DNA of 58,696 nt. It comes from an uncultured Gammaproteobacteria bacterium (GTDB lineage Bacteria > Pseudomonadota > Gammaproteobacteria > Steroidobacterales > Rariloculaceae). Every line of letters starts with the position of its first letter. Positions within the stretch are counted from its first letter, which is position 1. The notes below the pieces were generated by a model, which searched no databases, was not told the origin of the DNA, and worked only from the letters and a program-made list of their open reading frames with translations. Shown here one piece after another: positions 18,643 through 28,174 of the stretch. The translations under genes were made by a program, and so were the position numbers. Location of the stretch: NCBI GenBank assembly GCA_964518995.1, contig CAZFJU010000002.1, positions 1-58,696 of the forward strand, given 5' to 3'.

Positions 18643-19767
18643 GTGCAGGGACTTTGGCCGGCACTGGCCAGCTTTTCGATCTGTCTTCTTGCCACGGTGG
18701 CGTTGCGACCCATAGCGATAGCACTCGACCTCATCGACCGGCCGGAAGCGAGGAAGCTCCATGAGGGCGCTATTCCGCTGGTCGGCGGTCTTGCAATGCT
18801 CCTCGGGATCGTGCTGGGCACGGAGCTTGTTCCTCTTCCGAGCGGCACGAGCGCGTCGTTTCTCTCGGCATGCGCGCTACTTGTCGCGGTCGGACTGATC
18901 GACGATCGCTTTGGGCTTTCACCATGGGCACGCCTCTGCGCTCACGCTGCGGCCGCGGCGCTGTTCGTAATGGGGTCCAATACTGTCATCGGCACCCTTG
19001 GCGATCTTTTCGGCAACGGCCCGGTCATACTGCCCGGGCTATGGGCCCACGTCTTCACGGTGCTCACCATCATGGCCGCGATCAACGCGTTCAACATGCT
19101 TGATGGAGTGGACGGATTGGCCGGCGCCGTGGCGATCGTGTCGCTGATCGGCATGACGGCGCTCGCGCTCGGAACGGGCGAAATGATCCCAGCGCTCCTC
19201 GGACTCGTGATCGCCGGCGCCGTGGCCGCGTTCTTGCTTTCGAACCTGCCGATAACCTTCAACCGCCGTGTCCGCTGCTTCATGGGCGATTCAGGCAGCA
19301 CATTGCTCGGCTTCGCGGTGGTCTGCGTAGGGATTCTGCTCTCCCAGCAGCCGGCGCCGCCGGTCGCCCCGGTCACGGTGCTTTGGCTCGTCGCGCTGCC
19401 GCTTTATGACATTATCTGGAGCATCGTGCGGCGAAGCATCCGGGGCCAATCGCCGTTCAGGGGCGACAAAGAGCACCTGCATCACCTGCTGCTGCGCGCC
19501 GGATTCAACGTGCCGAGCACGTGCCTTCTGCTCGCGGCACTTGCGTTATTGCTCTCGGCCGTTGGCGTCGGGCTAGAGCTTGCGGGCGTTTCAGAGTCTC
19601 GTTCGTTCGTCGCACTCTGCCTGACTGGTGCCCTCGTCGTGAGCTCGACGCATCGCTCACACACGATACGGCGGTTGCTGCCCGGATCGATGCTGGCCGA
19701 TCCGGGGTCTGTCGGCGAACAGCCGCGTCCGCCGAGCGACTTCGATAGCGACTACGGCAAAGCGTAG
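18643..19767 (+). CDS. wecA: undecaprenyl-phosphate HexNAc-1-phosphate transferase (MraY/WecA family)
   Basis: LIDDRFGL, AINAFNMLDGVDGLAG, FMGDSGSTLLGF and DKEHLHHLLL motifs. About 10 TM helices. AAGGGGAG lies immediately upstream of GTG 18643. Confidence 0.85.
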   Translation: MQGLWPALASFSICLLATVALRPIAIALDLIDRPEARKLHEGAIPLVGGLAMLLGIVLGTELVPLPSGTSASFLSACALLVAVGLIDDRFGLSPWARLCAHAAAAALFVMGSNTVIGTLGDLFGNGPVILPGLWAHVFTVLTIMAAINAFNMLDGVDGLAGAVAIVSLIGMTALALGTGEMIPALLGLVIAGAVAAFLLSNLPITFNRRVRCFMGDSGSTLLGFAVVCVGILLSQQPAPPVAPVTVLWLVALPLYDIIWSIVRRSIRGQSPFRGDKEHLHHLLLRAGFNVPSTCLLLAALALLLSAVGVGLELAGVSESRSFVALCLTGALVVSSTHRSHTIRRLLPGSMLADPGSVGEQPRPPSDFDSDYGKA

Positions 19768-21860
19768 GCGATGAGCTCGCCGCCGGCCTCTGCGCCGGCG
19801 TGGCTTATCGCCAGCACGATGTACTGCTTGCCCTCGTGCATATACGTCATTGGGGAGCCGGTTTGCCTGGCTGGCATCTCCACCCGCCCGTCGACATCCG
19901 CTCCGGTGGCTTTGTCATATGCACGCAACAACGCGACGGTCTTACCTGCGTCATTGGTATGCACGCTGCCCTCCCCGGCGATCAGCAGCGTTTTGGTCGT
20001 CAAAACTCCAATGAAGATACGGCCGTAAGCGCCGAGCCGAGACGCCTCGACGCCCGCCAGTGCAGGATTGTCGCGGATATTGTCGGGCGTCGTGCCGTGC
20101 GCCTTCTGCCAAAGCATCTCGCCGCTGTTCATGTCGTAGGCGGTAATCCGATCGTAGGGCGGCTTGATCAATGGGATCGTGCCTTGCAGGAACGTGCCGA
20201 CTCGGCGGGCGCCGAGAGCGGGACCTCCGGGTGGCCCGAAGCCGCCCGCGCCGAGCCCGGGCCCGCTGAGCCCAGGCGGGGCAACGGCGGCGCGACTATC
20301 CGCGGACGAAGCCGTTCTTGCGGCCGGGCCCGGATCGAATGGTGTGAGATCCGCCGGAATGTTCCGTAAGGTGAAGACGGCCGTGTGTGAGTGAATGTAT
20401 AGGCGGTTGGTTTCTGGATCGAACGCGCCGCCCGGCCAGTTCGCACCGCCGACGTCCGCCGGCAGCATGAGCGTCGCGGCCGGCCCGTCAGCCGCATCGA
20501 CGGCCGGCGGCGTGAACATCGGCCCGAGGCGATACGCCTGGACCAACTGCTCCGCCTCCGCCCGCAGCTCGGGCGTCAGATCATTCAGATCGTCAAGCGA
20601 GATGCCCTGTCGATCGAACGGCTCGGGCCACGTCGGGAACGGCTGCGTCGCGCTCGTCTTCTCGTACGGCGACTCCGACTGCGGCACCGGACGCTCCTCG
20701 ATCGGCCAGATCGCCTCGCCCGTCTCGCGATTCAGCACGAACAGGAAAGCGGTTTTCGTCGGTTGCGCAAGCGCCTTGATCGTCCGCCCGTCTATCTGCA
20801 TGTCGAACAGGATCGGCGCGCACGGCAAGTCGTAATCCCAAAGGCCGTGATGGACGGTTTGATAGTGCCAACGCCGCTCGCCGGTCAGCACGTCGACAGC
20901 GACGAGCGACTCGCCGAACAGGCCGTCGCCCGGACGGTTGAAACCGTTGTAGTCGGCGGTCGGCATCTCGACAGGCAAATAGACCAGCCCGAGATCCGGA
21001 TCGGCGCTCATCTGCGCCCATACGCCGGTGTTGCCGTTACGATCGGCGGAAGCGTCCTCCCAGCTTTCGTAGCCGAGCTCGCCCGGATGCGGGATCGTGT
21101 GGAACGTCCACAGCCGCTCGCCGGTGTGAATGTCGTAGCCCCGCACATAGCCGCGCACGTCCCAAGTCGACTCCATGCTTCCGGCGGGCCGGTGAGCGGC
21201 GCCGACGACAATCACATCGTTGACGATCAACGGCGTCGCATTGAGCCCCACATTGGAGTCGATCGGATCGATTTCCTGGTCGAAGTCGAGCTTGAGATCG
21301 ACGACACCTGAATCACCGAAGGACTCGACCGGAAGGCCTGTCTTCGCGTCGAGCGCGAGCATCCGGTAGCCGGGCGTCACGTAGACGATGCGTTCATCGG
21401 AGCCGTCCGCGCTCGTCCAGTACGACACGCCTCGACCCGCGCCCTGGCGAACGGCTGCTGCTCCGCGAGCGCCTTCGTCCTCGCGGTGCATCCAGATCAT
21501 CTCGCCGGTGGCAGGATCGAGTGCGACCACCGCACGGCGTTGCCCGGCTGTCGTGTACAGCACGCCGTTCACGTAGAGCGGAGTGGCCGAATAGAGCGTA
21601 TCCGGGCGCGGGCCGAGGAAGTCGGTGCGCAAACGCCACGCGATTTCGAGATCCTTGAAGTTGTCGGCGTTGATCTGCTCGAGAGGCGAATATCGGTGGC
21701 TCGCGAGGTTGCCGCCGTAACTGGGCCACTCGGCTGCGGCATCGGCGAGCTGAGCTCGCGCAGCGGCCGTCATCATCAAGGCGCTTGCGCCGAGCGCAAG
21801 TGTGCTTAGAAACGTTCGAATCGCTCTCAAGCAAGCTCTCCTTATATAGCAGCGCTTCAT
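19752..21860 (-). CDS. PQQ-dependent (quinoprotein) dehydrogenase, exported beta-propeller
   Basis: EWPSYGGNLASHRYSPLEQINADNFKDLEIAWR and repeated propeller blocks (PLYVNGVLYTT, TGEMIWMH, VVALDPATGE, TGERRWHYQTVHHGLWDYD). ATG 21860 gives signal MKRCYIRRACLRAIRTFLSTLALGASALMMTAAARA. It overlaps the stop of the upstream cytochrome c (ATGA). The longer ORF-track N-terminus (to 22049) is rejected. Confidence 0.85.
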   Translation of the reverse strand: MKRCYIRRACLRAIRTFLSTLALGASALMMTAAARAQLADAAAEWPSYGGNLASHRYSPLEQINADNFKDLEIAWRLRTDFLGPRPDTLYSATPLYVNGVLYTTAGQRRAVVALDPATGEMIWMHREDEGARGAAAVRQGAGRGVSYWTSADGSDERIVYVTPGYRMLALDAKTGLPVESFGDSGVVDLKLDFDQEIDPIDSNVGLNATPLIVNDVIVVGAAHRPAGSMESTWDVRGYVRGYDIHTGERLWTFHTIPHPGELGYESWEDASADRNGNTGVWAQMSADPDLGLVYLPVEMPTADYNGFNRPGDGLFGESLVAVDVLTGERRWHYQTVHHGLWDYDLPCAPILFDMQIDGRTIKALAQPTKTAFLFVLNRETGEAIWPIEERPVPQSESPYEKTSATQPFPTWPEPFDRQGISLDDLNDLTPELRAEAEQLVQAYRLGPMFTPPAVDAADGPAATLMLPADVGGANWPGGAFDPETNRLYIHSHTAVFTLRNIPADLTPFDPGPAARTASSADSRAAVAPPGLSGPGLGAGGFGPPGGPALGARRVGTFLQGTIPLIKPPYDRITAYDMNSGEMLWQKAHGTTPDNIRDNPALAGVEASRLGAYGRIFIGVLTTKTLLIAGEGSVHTNDAGKTVALLRAYDKATGADVDGRVEMPARQTGSPMTYMHEGKQYIVLAISHAGAEAGGELIAYALP

Positions 21861-22315
21861 CCGCCGGGCAGCCGCGGCGCGTAGAACGGCATCTCCACCA
21901 AAACGCTCCGCTCGGTGCTGAGCGGCGCTTCGCCCATCGGCAAACCGTTGAACCACAGCATATACGCCAATATTGATACGGTATCTTGCCGCGACAGCTT
22001 TCCGGGTTGGCTCGGCGGCATCGCGTCGATGCGCGCGGCAAGCGCCCACAGGGTTTCGCCGTCCCAGACGGCGGTGAACTGAGGCCCAGCGAGCGGCGGC
22101 GCCTGATCGAGCCCGGCCATGTCTTCACCGTGGCAAGAAAGGCATTGCGCATAGTAAAGCGCCTGACCGCGCAGCGCTTGCTCCTCCGTGTAGGCGCCGT
22201 TCAATACCGAAGGCGCCGCCGTAGCTTGGCTGCCGGCGTCAGTGATCGTCATCGCCAAGCAGGCCGCACCAAGCACCGCAAACGAGCGGGCGGGCGCGGC
22301 AGCATCGAAGCTCAC
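21857..22315 (-). CDS. c-type cytochrome (probable electron acceptor of the PQQ dehydrogenase)
   Basis: Heme motif CLSCHG in YAQCLSCHGEDMAGLDQAPPLAG. Hydrophobic N-terminus FAVLGAACLAMT. Translationally coupled to the PQQ gene. Start uncertain; GTG 22315 was chosen so that it does not overlap the upstream MBL gene. Confidence 0.7.
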   Translation of the reverse strand: MSFDAAAPARSFAVLGAACLAMTITDAGSQATAAPSVLNGAYTEEQALRGQALYYAQCLSCHGEDMAGLDQAPPLAGPQFTAVWDGETLWALAARIDAMPPSQPGKLSRQDTVSILAYMLWFNGLPMGEAPLSTERSVLVEMPFYAPRLPGG

Positions 22316-22331
22316 GACTGGCCTTACAGTG

Positions 22332-23282
22332 TCACTCGAGCGTCGCCAACGCAGCGAGGGCGCACTCGTGCGCAACGGTCAGATATCGCTCGACCGAGTC
22401 CGTGCCGACGACATACGGATGCGGCTCACCGGGCCCACGCTCGGCAAGCGCCGGCATCTTCTCCTTGCTGCCGTCGTAATCGGTGTGATTCGAGAGCAGC
22501 ACGTCGACGGCCTCGCGCCCGACAACCTCGCGAAAACGCTCGGCGGACTCGGCGTACGCGGTAAACCGCTCGGCGTCCGGGCCGAAGTTGAACAAGGTGC
22601 CGCCCCAAAGGGCCGCAAGATGCGTCTCGTCGCCGTCCCGAACCGGGATCAGCGTCGACACGGTGCCATACGTGTGGCCCGGCGTGAGGTACAGCTCGAG
22701 CGTGGTATCGCCAAGCGTCAGCTCCTGCCCGTCCACGACCTCGATATCCCGCCTGGGCTTCCAGCTCGGATTGCTCTCATCAAGCATGTCCCAGTCGGCC
22801 GCCCCGAGCAGCACCCGCGCGCCAAACGTTTCCTGCAGAAACTTCGCACCGCCGGCATGGTCACCGTGACCATGGCTGACGAGCACGTAACGAATGTCCG
22901 CGGGATCAAGGCCGAGCTTGCGCAAGCCCTCGACGACGGCGGCTTCGACTGAATAGTCGAAGACCGGATCGATGACGATGATACCGTCGCTGGTCGTGAC
23001 GGCCCATGTCGAGAACTCGGTCATGCCGACGTAGTAAAGGTTGTCGAACACTTGCATCGGCTCCTTGTACCACTCGTCGCGCGAAGGCGCGCCGCGCTGC
23101 GGAGGCCGGGCCTGCCCCCGCGCCGCCGCGGCCGGTTCTCGCGGGCACAGCCGGTCCACCATACCGGCGTGCTCGCCGGCTGCGGCGCGCGCAGCCGCGA
23201 TGTGTGCGTCGACGTTTGCATTCTGAGCCTCGGCGCTCGCCGCCGCGACCAGGAGGGCGGCAGCCATACTACGTATAAGCAT
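22332..23282 (-). CDS. MBL-fold metallo-hydrolase, subclass B3 beta-lactamase-like, Sec signal
   Basis: Signal MLIRSMAAALLVAAASAEA. FDNLYYVGMTEFSTWAVTTSDGIIVID, VLVSHGHGDHAGG (HxHxDH), LTPGHTYGTVS, LLSNHTD. Confidence 0.85.
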   Translation of the reverse strand: MLIRSMAAALLVAAASAEAQNANVDAHIAAARAAAGEHAGMVDRLCPREPAAAARGQARPPQRGAPSRDEWYKEPMQVFDNLYYVGMTEFSTWAVTTSDGIIVIDPVFDYSVEAAVVEGLRKLGLDPADIRYVLVSHGHGDHAGGAKFLQETFGARVLLGAADWDMLDESNPSWKPRRDIEVVDGQELTLGDTTLELYLTPGHTYGTVSTLIPVRDGDETHLAALWGGTLFNFGPDAERFTAYAESAERFREVVGREAVDVLLSNHTDYDGSKEKMPALAERGPGEPHPYVVGTDSVERYLTVAHECALAALATLE

Positions 23283-23390
23283 TTCTTATTCTCTCCTCCG
23301 CCGTATCGTCCGACGATGGCCGAACCGAGTCGACGCGCATTGGCATGGTACGATGCCGGACAATCCTTCCACACTCGAAGGCCATCGACA

Positions 23391-24254
23391 ATGAGAACGA
23401 ATAGATCGGCTGCAACGAGATTGTTCGAAGCGCTTACCGTCATAGCTGCGATGACTTTCTCGACCTCCGTCCTAGCTCAAAAGCACTTCAACACGGTCAA
23501 GGCGAAGCTCGCGGCGGGCGAGCAGGTCGTCGGCGGAACCGTGAGCTCGCCGGACGTCAGTGTCTACTGCGCGATGGCGAGCGCCGGCTTCGACTTCCTG
23601 TGGATCGAGATGCAGCATAGCCCGCTGACGTATTCGGAAGTCGCGACGATGATTCGGGCGTGCCCGGGCCCGGCGATCCCGTTCATTCGCGTGCCTGACG
23701 CCACTGAAGGCGATATCCAGAAGGCCGTCGATATCGGCGCGCTCGGCGTGATCGTCCCGATGGTCGATACCATCGAGAAAATCCAGAACGCGATCACTTT
23801 TTCGATGTATCCGCCGCTCGGCAAGCGCAGCCAGGGCGGCGGACAGTACGGCACGCTGTGGGGACGCGATTACCGCCAGCAGGCCAACGACAACATAATG
23901 ATCGTCGCAATGATCGAGAACCCGGAGGGCGTCGAGATCGTTGATGAGATTGCCGCCCTTGAGCACGTCGACGTCATCTTCGCGGCCAGCTCGGACCTCA
24001 GCAGCTTTACCGGCCTCCGCCAAGGCGACCCGGCATACGAGGCGGTCATTACGCGAATCAAGGATGCGACGCTTGCGGCCGGCAAGTACCTGGCAGGGCC
24101 ATCGGCTTGGAAGGATACCCGCGACGGCTATACGTTTTTCCAAGGCCCTCCCGAGACGGCATTGCTACGGGCCGGCGCGCGCCAAGCGCTCGGCGGCGCA
24201 CCCGCTCCCGGCCTCCCCGCCGGAGTCGCCCCGATCGAAGGCCTCGAGGAGTAG
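23391..24254 (+). CDS. HpcH/HpaI family aldolase with N-terminal signal-peptide-like extension
   Basis: Class II aldolase blocks NTVKAKLAAGEQVVGGTV, AGFDFLWIEMQHSPL, GALGVIVPMVDT, MIVAMIENPEGV. ATG 23391 gives MRTNRSAATRLFEALTVIAAMTFSTSVLA-QK. The ORF-track start 23052 would overlap the divergent MBL gene. Confidence 0.8.
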   Translation: MRTNRSAATRLFEALTVIAAMTFSTSVLAQKHFNTVKAKLAAGEQVVGGTVSSPDVSVYCAMASAGFDFLWIEMQHSPLTYSEVATMIRACPGPAIPFIRVPDATEGDIQKAVDIGALGVIVPMVDTIEKIQNAITFSMYPPLGKRSQGGGQYGTLWGRDYRQQANDNIMIVAMIENPEGVEIVDEIAALEHVDVIFAASSDLSSFTGLRQGDPAYEAVITRIKDATLAAGKYLAGPSAWKDTRDGYTFFQGPPETALLRAGARQALGGAPAPGLPAGVAPIEGLEE

Positions 24255-24284
24255 GCGCGCCGCCAGAGTTTCTTCAACAGCCTG

Positions 24285-25322
24285 CTAGCAGATGTGTGCG
24301 CCGGCGACTCCAACATAAAGCGAGTACAGCGATTGGCTGGCCGTCATAAACAGCCGGTTGCGTCGAGCGCCGCCGAAGGCGACGTTCGCGCAGATCTCGG
24401 GCAGCCGAATCGCTCCGATCGGCGTACCGTTCGCAGCGATCACCTGAACGCCGGGGCTCGCGCCCGCCCATATGTTGCCGTCGACATCGCAGCGAATACC
24501 GTCAGCCGACGCCGGCCCGCCGCCGGGCTGCTCGAGACGGACGAACTGCCGTGCGTTGCGAAGGCTCGAGCCGGCAACGTCCCACACTATCGTCTCGCGA
24601 GCACCGGTGTCCGCGACGTAGAGCCGCGAGTAATCCGGCGAAAAGCACAACCCGTTCGGCTGCACGACTTCGTCGGTGACCAGCTCGATCTCGCCCGAAT
24701 CGCCATCGATGCGGTACACGGCCGTATCGATTTCCGACTCTGCCGCGAAGCCTTCGTAGTTGCCGCCGATACCGTAGATCGGATCGGTGAACCAGATGCT
24801 GCCGTCTGGGTGGACGACGACATCATTCGGCGAATTGAGCCGGCGGCCGTTGTAGCTCGCGGCCAGCACGGTGACGGAACCGTCCGCCTCGTAACGCACG
24901 ACGCGGCGCCCGCCGTGCTCGCAGGAGATCTGCCGACCGCTGTAATCGAACGTATTGCCGTTGCTGTAACCGGACGGCGAGCGGAACGTCGTCACACGGC
25001 TATCGTCGTCGATGAAGCGCAGCTGCGTGTCGCTCGGAATATCGCTCCAGACGAGGTAGCGGCCGACGCCGTTCCACGCCGGCCCCTCCGCCCACAACGT
25101 ACCGGTGTGGAGGCGCTGCAGCGGTGTGTTGAACGGCACGTAGCGCCTGAAGCGCGGGTCGAGCACGACGACGTCCGGGTCGGGATAGCGCAGCGGCGTG
25201 TTGCCGGACCAGTCGCGCTCGACCGGCGCCGACTGCTGCGCCCCACCCGCCTTCGGCCACCACGGCAGCACAGCCGCCCCCGCCGCGAGGCCGGTCAGCA
25301 ATCGTCTTCGATCAGCGTTCAC
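24285..25322 (-). CDS. SMP-30/gluconolactonase/LRE family protein, Tat signal
   Basis: GTG 25322 is preceded by GAGGA. Tat motif DRRRLLTGLAAGAAVLPW. Blocks LWAEGPAWN, RLNSPNDVVVHPDGSIWFTDP, PNGLCFSPDYSRLYVADT, ADGIRCDVDGNIWA. Confidence 0.85.
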   Translation of the reverse strand: MNADRRRLLTGLAAGAAVLPWWPKAGGAQQSAPVERDWSGNTPLRYPDPDVVVLDPRFRRYVPFNTPLQRLHTGTLWAEGPAWNGVGRYLVWSDIPSDTQLRFIDDDSRVTTFRSPSGYSNGNTFDYSGRQISCEHGGRRVVRYEADGSVTVLAASYNGRRLNSPNDVVVHPDGSIWFTDPIYGIGGNYEGFAAESEIDTAVYRIDGDSGEIELVTDEVVQPNGLCFSPDYSRLYVADTGARETIVWDVAGSSLRNARQFVRLEQPGGGPASADGIRCDVDGNIWAGASPGVQVIAANGTPIGAIRLPEICANVAFGGARRNRLFMTASQSLYSLYVGVAGAHIC

Positions 25323-25479
25323 TCGCACTCCTCTGCTTCGCCCACATGACACACCGATCGACGTTGCAATCGTGCGTGCGTTATTTGAGCTTAACCGAAT
25401 GGGCCGAGCAAACACTGCCAGCGAACCCACTTTATCAACGCCCTAGTCGCCGGCGTGTCGGCGACCACCGAGAGAGAAC

Positions 25480-27093
25480 ATGACCGAAAAGAAGCAAGCA
25501 AGCAGCGACGCGCTCAACCGGCTGGACCGGCGCGGATTTTTTCGCGGCGCCGCCGCCGCGGCCGTGGGCAGCCTCGGCGTTTCCACGGCATCGGCACAGT
25601 CGTCGGCGCAGCGCGCGGCCTTCGAGAGCGGCGGGAGCGCAGCTGAACGCCTCGATGCGCAAACGCGCGACGCGCACCGTTGGCTCGGGCCGGATCCGGG
25701 GAACTGGGTGCGCGCCCGCGCCGGCGCAGACCATAACGTCGTCATCGTCGGCGGCGGCCAGAGCGGCATTTCGATCGCGTATCAGCTCAAGCGTAAAGGC
25801 GTGGGCGGCGTCGAGGTCATCGACCAAGCGGCGCCGGGCCAAGCAGGAATCTGGCGCACGATCGCGCGCATGCATCAGCTACGCACGCCGAAGACGATGG
25901 CGGGTCTGGAGCTCGGCAACCCGGCGCTCAGCTTTCGTGCGTGGTACGAAACATTGAACGGTGGCAGCGCCGCTTTCGACGCGCTCGATCGCATTCCGCG
26001 CTTGGCCTGGGCCGACTATCTCGACTGGTTCCAGCAGGTCACCGGCACAACGGTGCGTCACGGTACGCGGCTCGTCGAGATCGAGCCACAACAGGACCTG
26101 CTGCGCCTGCACCTCGAGACCGACGGCGTGCGGCGCATCGCCACGACGCGCAAGCTCGTGCTCGCGAACGGCTACGCGGGCGCAGGCGGACCGAACGTCC
26201 CCGACACGCTACGCACACTGCCGACGAGCGTTTGGACGCATACGACAGGCGCGATTCCTGCGGCGTCGGTGGACGGAAAAATCGTGGGCATCATCGGCGC
26301 GGGATCAAACGCCTTCGACGCCGCCGCCGTCGCACTCGAGAGCGGCGCACGCGAGGTCCATCTCTTCAGCCGCCGCTCGTACATCGACTATCAAGGCGGG
26401 CCGCCGCGGCCGCAGCCCGCCGCGCCGCTCGATCGCGGCTATGGCAACTGGCTCGAGCTGAGCTACGAATTGCCCGATGTCGTTCGCTGGCGCAACTTCC
26501 TGCTCGGCGAGCGACGCGTCGCGTCCGTGCCGTTCGACTCACTGGAGCGCGTAGTGCCATTCAATGGCTTTCACATCCATCTGGACAGCTCACTCGACGA
26601 CCTCGCGCTCGCCGGCAACGGTCAAGTAACTGGCCGCACCAGCAGCCGCAGCTTCCGCTTCGACTACCTGATTGCGGCCACCGGCTACCGCATCGACCTG
26701 GCGGCTCAGCCCGAGCTCGTGCGTATCCACGAGCACGTCGCGCTGTGGCGGGATAGGTATCGGCCGCTTGCCGGCGAGGAGAACGCGGCGGGCGCGGCGC
26801 ATCCGTACTTGGGGCCGGCGTTCGAGTTCTTGCCGCGCGCAGACAACGGCGCCGACTTCCTTCGCAACATCCACTGCTTCAATCTCGCCGGCGCGTTGAG
26901 CTTCGGCATTCCGGTCGGCGACGTGCCGAGCGTGGTCGACCAGCCGCGGCTGGTCGCCGCGATCGCACGCGATCTTTACGTCGAGGGAGTCGACGTGGCG
27001 GCGCACGAGCAGTTCATCAACGCGCCGCTGGCGGCGCCGAGCGCGGCGCCGTACGAGCGGTCGGTGGCTACGGCGGGACGCGACGCGGCCTGA
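25480..27093 (+). CDS. FAD/NAD(P)-binding oxidoreductase (flavin monooxygenase-like) with Tat signal
   Basis: Tat motif LDRRGFFRGAAAAAVGSLGV. Two dinucleotide-binding folds: VVIVGGGQSGISIAYQLKRKG and IVGIIGAGSNAFDAAAVALESGA. Confidence 0.8.
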   Translation: MTEKKQASSDALNRLDRRGFFRGAAAAAVGSLGVSTASAQSSAQRAAFESGGSAAERLDAQTRDAHRWLGPDPGNWVRARAGADHNVVIVGGGQSGISIAYQLKRKGVGGVEVIDQAAPGQAGIWRTIARMHQLRTPKTMAGLELGNPALSFRAWYETLNGGSAAFDALDRIPRLAWADYLDWFQQVTGTTVRHGTRLVEIEPQQDLLRLHLETDGVRRIATTRKLVLANGYAGAGGPNVPDTLRTLPTSVWTHTTGAIPAASVDGKIVGIIGAGSNAFDAAAVALESGAREVHLFSRRSYIDYQGGPPRPQPAAPLDRGYGNWLELSYELPDVVRWRNFLLGERRVASVPFDSLERVVPFNGFHIHLDSSLDDLALAGNGQVTGRTSSRSFRFDYLIAATGYRIDLAAQPELVRIHEHVALWRDRYRPLAGEENAAGAAHPYLGPAFEFLPRADNGADFLRNIHCFNLAGALSFGIPVGDVPSVVDQPRLVAAIARDLYVEGVDVAAHEQFINAPLAAPSAAPYERSVATAGRDAA

Positions 27094-27130
27094 GCCCGCG
27101 ATCATGCTGATGACTAAAGGGAGAACCGCG

Positions 27131-28012
27131 ATGCACATCAAACGCCGAAGTCTACTGTGGGGCATGGCCGCGCTTGCCGCGCCGCTGCCGCCTCTCGTAT
27201 GGGGACAGGATGCCGTGCTGCCGCTGCGCACACCGGGCCTCGACCATCTCGACGTGATGGTGCCCGACGTGGAGGCGACGACGAAATTCTACATGGGTCT
27301 GCTCAACACCGAATTGCACGCGCAGGCCTTCCGAGGCGCGTACCGCTACTTCGTGCTGCTCGCTCCGTTGCCCGAGAATCGCGAGGTGGGCTACCTCGCA
27401 GTGGGTGACTCCAGCGGACGAGGCAGCTATATCGGCCATTTCTGCACGTCGGTCTACGACTGGCGCCGCGACGGCGAAGCCATCATGGAAGGGCTGCACG
27501 AACAGTTCGCCGCCGGCGGCTTCGGCGAGTTTCCGGGCTCGCGCGGTTTCGGCGCGCTGTTCACCGATCCCGACGGTATCGAGATTCAGTTCCTGCCGGC
27601 GCCAGACACGCTGGTGACGGCGGCCGAGCCTTCGCAGCTCGTGCCGTGGCATCAGGGCCTGGTGACACCGCACGGCGTGCACAGCGTGTTATTGCGCGTT
27701 CGCGATCTCGAACGCGCGCTGGCCTGGTATGGCGTGCTGTACGGCACAGCCTCGTGGACGCCGGACCGGAGCCTCGCGTATTTCGAGTTTCCTGAATCGC
27801 AAACACGGCTTTACCTCGAGCAGTCGCGTTACGAATATGGCCACGCGCCCGGCATCGCGCACTTCGGCATCAAGGTCGATCCCTTCGACCCCGTTACCGT
27901 CAGCGATGGCGTCGCGGCGCTCGGCGGCACGGTATTGCCTATGGCCGGCAATAACGAGCTCCTCCGCATCCGCGATCCGGACGGCAACATCGTGCAATTG
28001 CATCCGGTATAA
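27131..28012 (+). CDS. two-domain VOC (glyoxalase/dioxygenase) family protein with Tat-like signal
   Basis: AAGGGAGA lies upstream of ATG 27131. MHIKRRSLLWGMAALAAPLPPLVWG. VOC halves LDHLDVMVPDVEATTKFY and VHSVLLRVRDLERALAWY, ending IRDPDGNIVQL. Confidence 0.75.
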   Translation: MHIKRRSLLWGMAALAAPLPPLVWGQDAVLPLRTPGLDHLDVMVPDVEATTKFYMGLLNTELHAQAFRGAYRYFVLLAPLPENREVGYLAVGDSSGRGSYIGHFCTSVYDWRRDGEAIMEGLHEQFAAGGFGEFPGSRGFGALFTDPDGIEIQFLPAPDTLVTAAEPSQLVPWHQGLVTPHGVHSVLLRVRDLERALAWYGVLYGTASWTPDRSLAYFEFPESQTRLYLEQSRYEYGHAPGIAHFGIKVDPFDPVTVSDGVAALGGTVLPMAGNNELLRIRDPDGNIVQLHPV

Positions 28013-28140
28013 GGCTTACCGCTCGTGGCCTTCGCGCGAACAGAGGTTGCGAGCTGGATATTCACTAAACCTCTGGAGAACGCGGGTGATCCATGCATCG
28101 GTAGCCCGATGCGATCGATGCACCGGCTCGGGCTCGCCGC

Positions 28141-28168
28141 TTGACGTGTCTAACGGGAGTCTTAATGT
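28141..28168 (+). promoter_or_regulatory. candidate sigma-70 promoter of the antitoxin gene; would give a leaderless or near-leaderless mRNA
   Basis: TTGACG (28141..28146), 16-nt spacer, TAATGT (28163..28168). The ATG at 28175 begins 6 nt after the -10 hexamer, and no Shine-Dalgarno sequence lies between them. Confidence 0.4.
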
Positions 28169-28174
28169 AGATAC

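Noticed and set aside
20197-20335. Gly/Pro-rich stretch (PPGLSGPGLGAGGFGPPGGPALG) in the PQQ dehydrogenase as a possible repeat element or frameshift
   Set aside because: The reading frame is continuous and propeller motifs resume on both sides. It reads as a low-complexity surface loop insertion, not a DNA repeat or pseudogene lesion.
24294-25349. 351-aa plus-strand ORF opposite the SMP-30 lactonase gene
   Set aside because: The minus-strand product has a Tat signal and canonical SMP-30 blocks. The plus-strand translation is low-complexity and Arg-rich.
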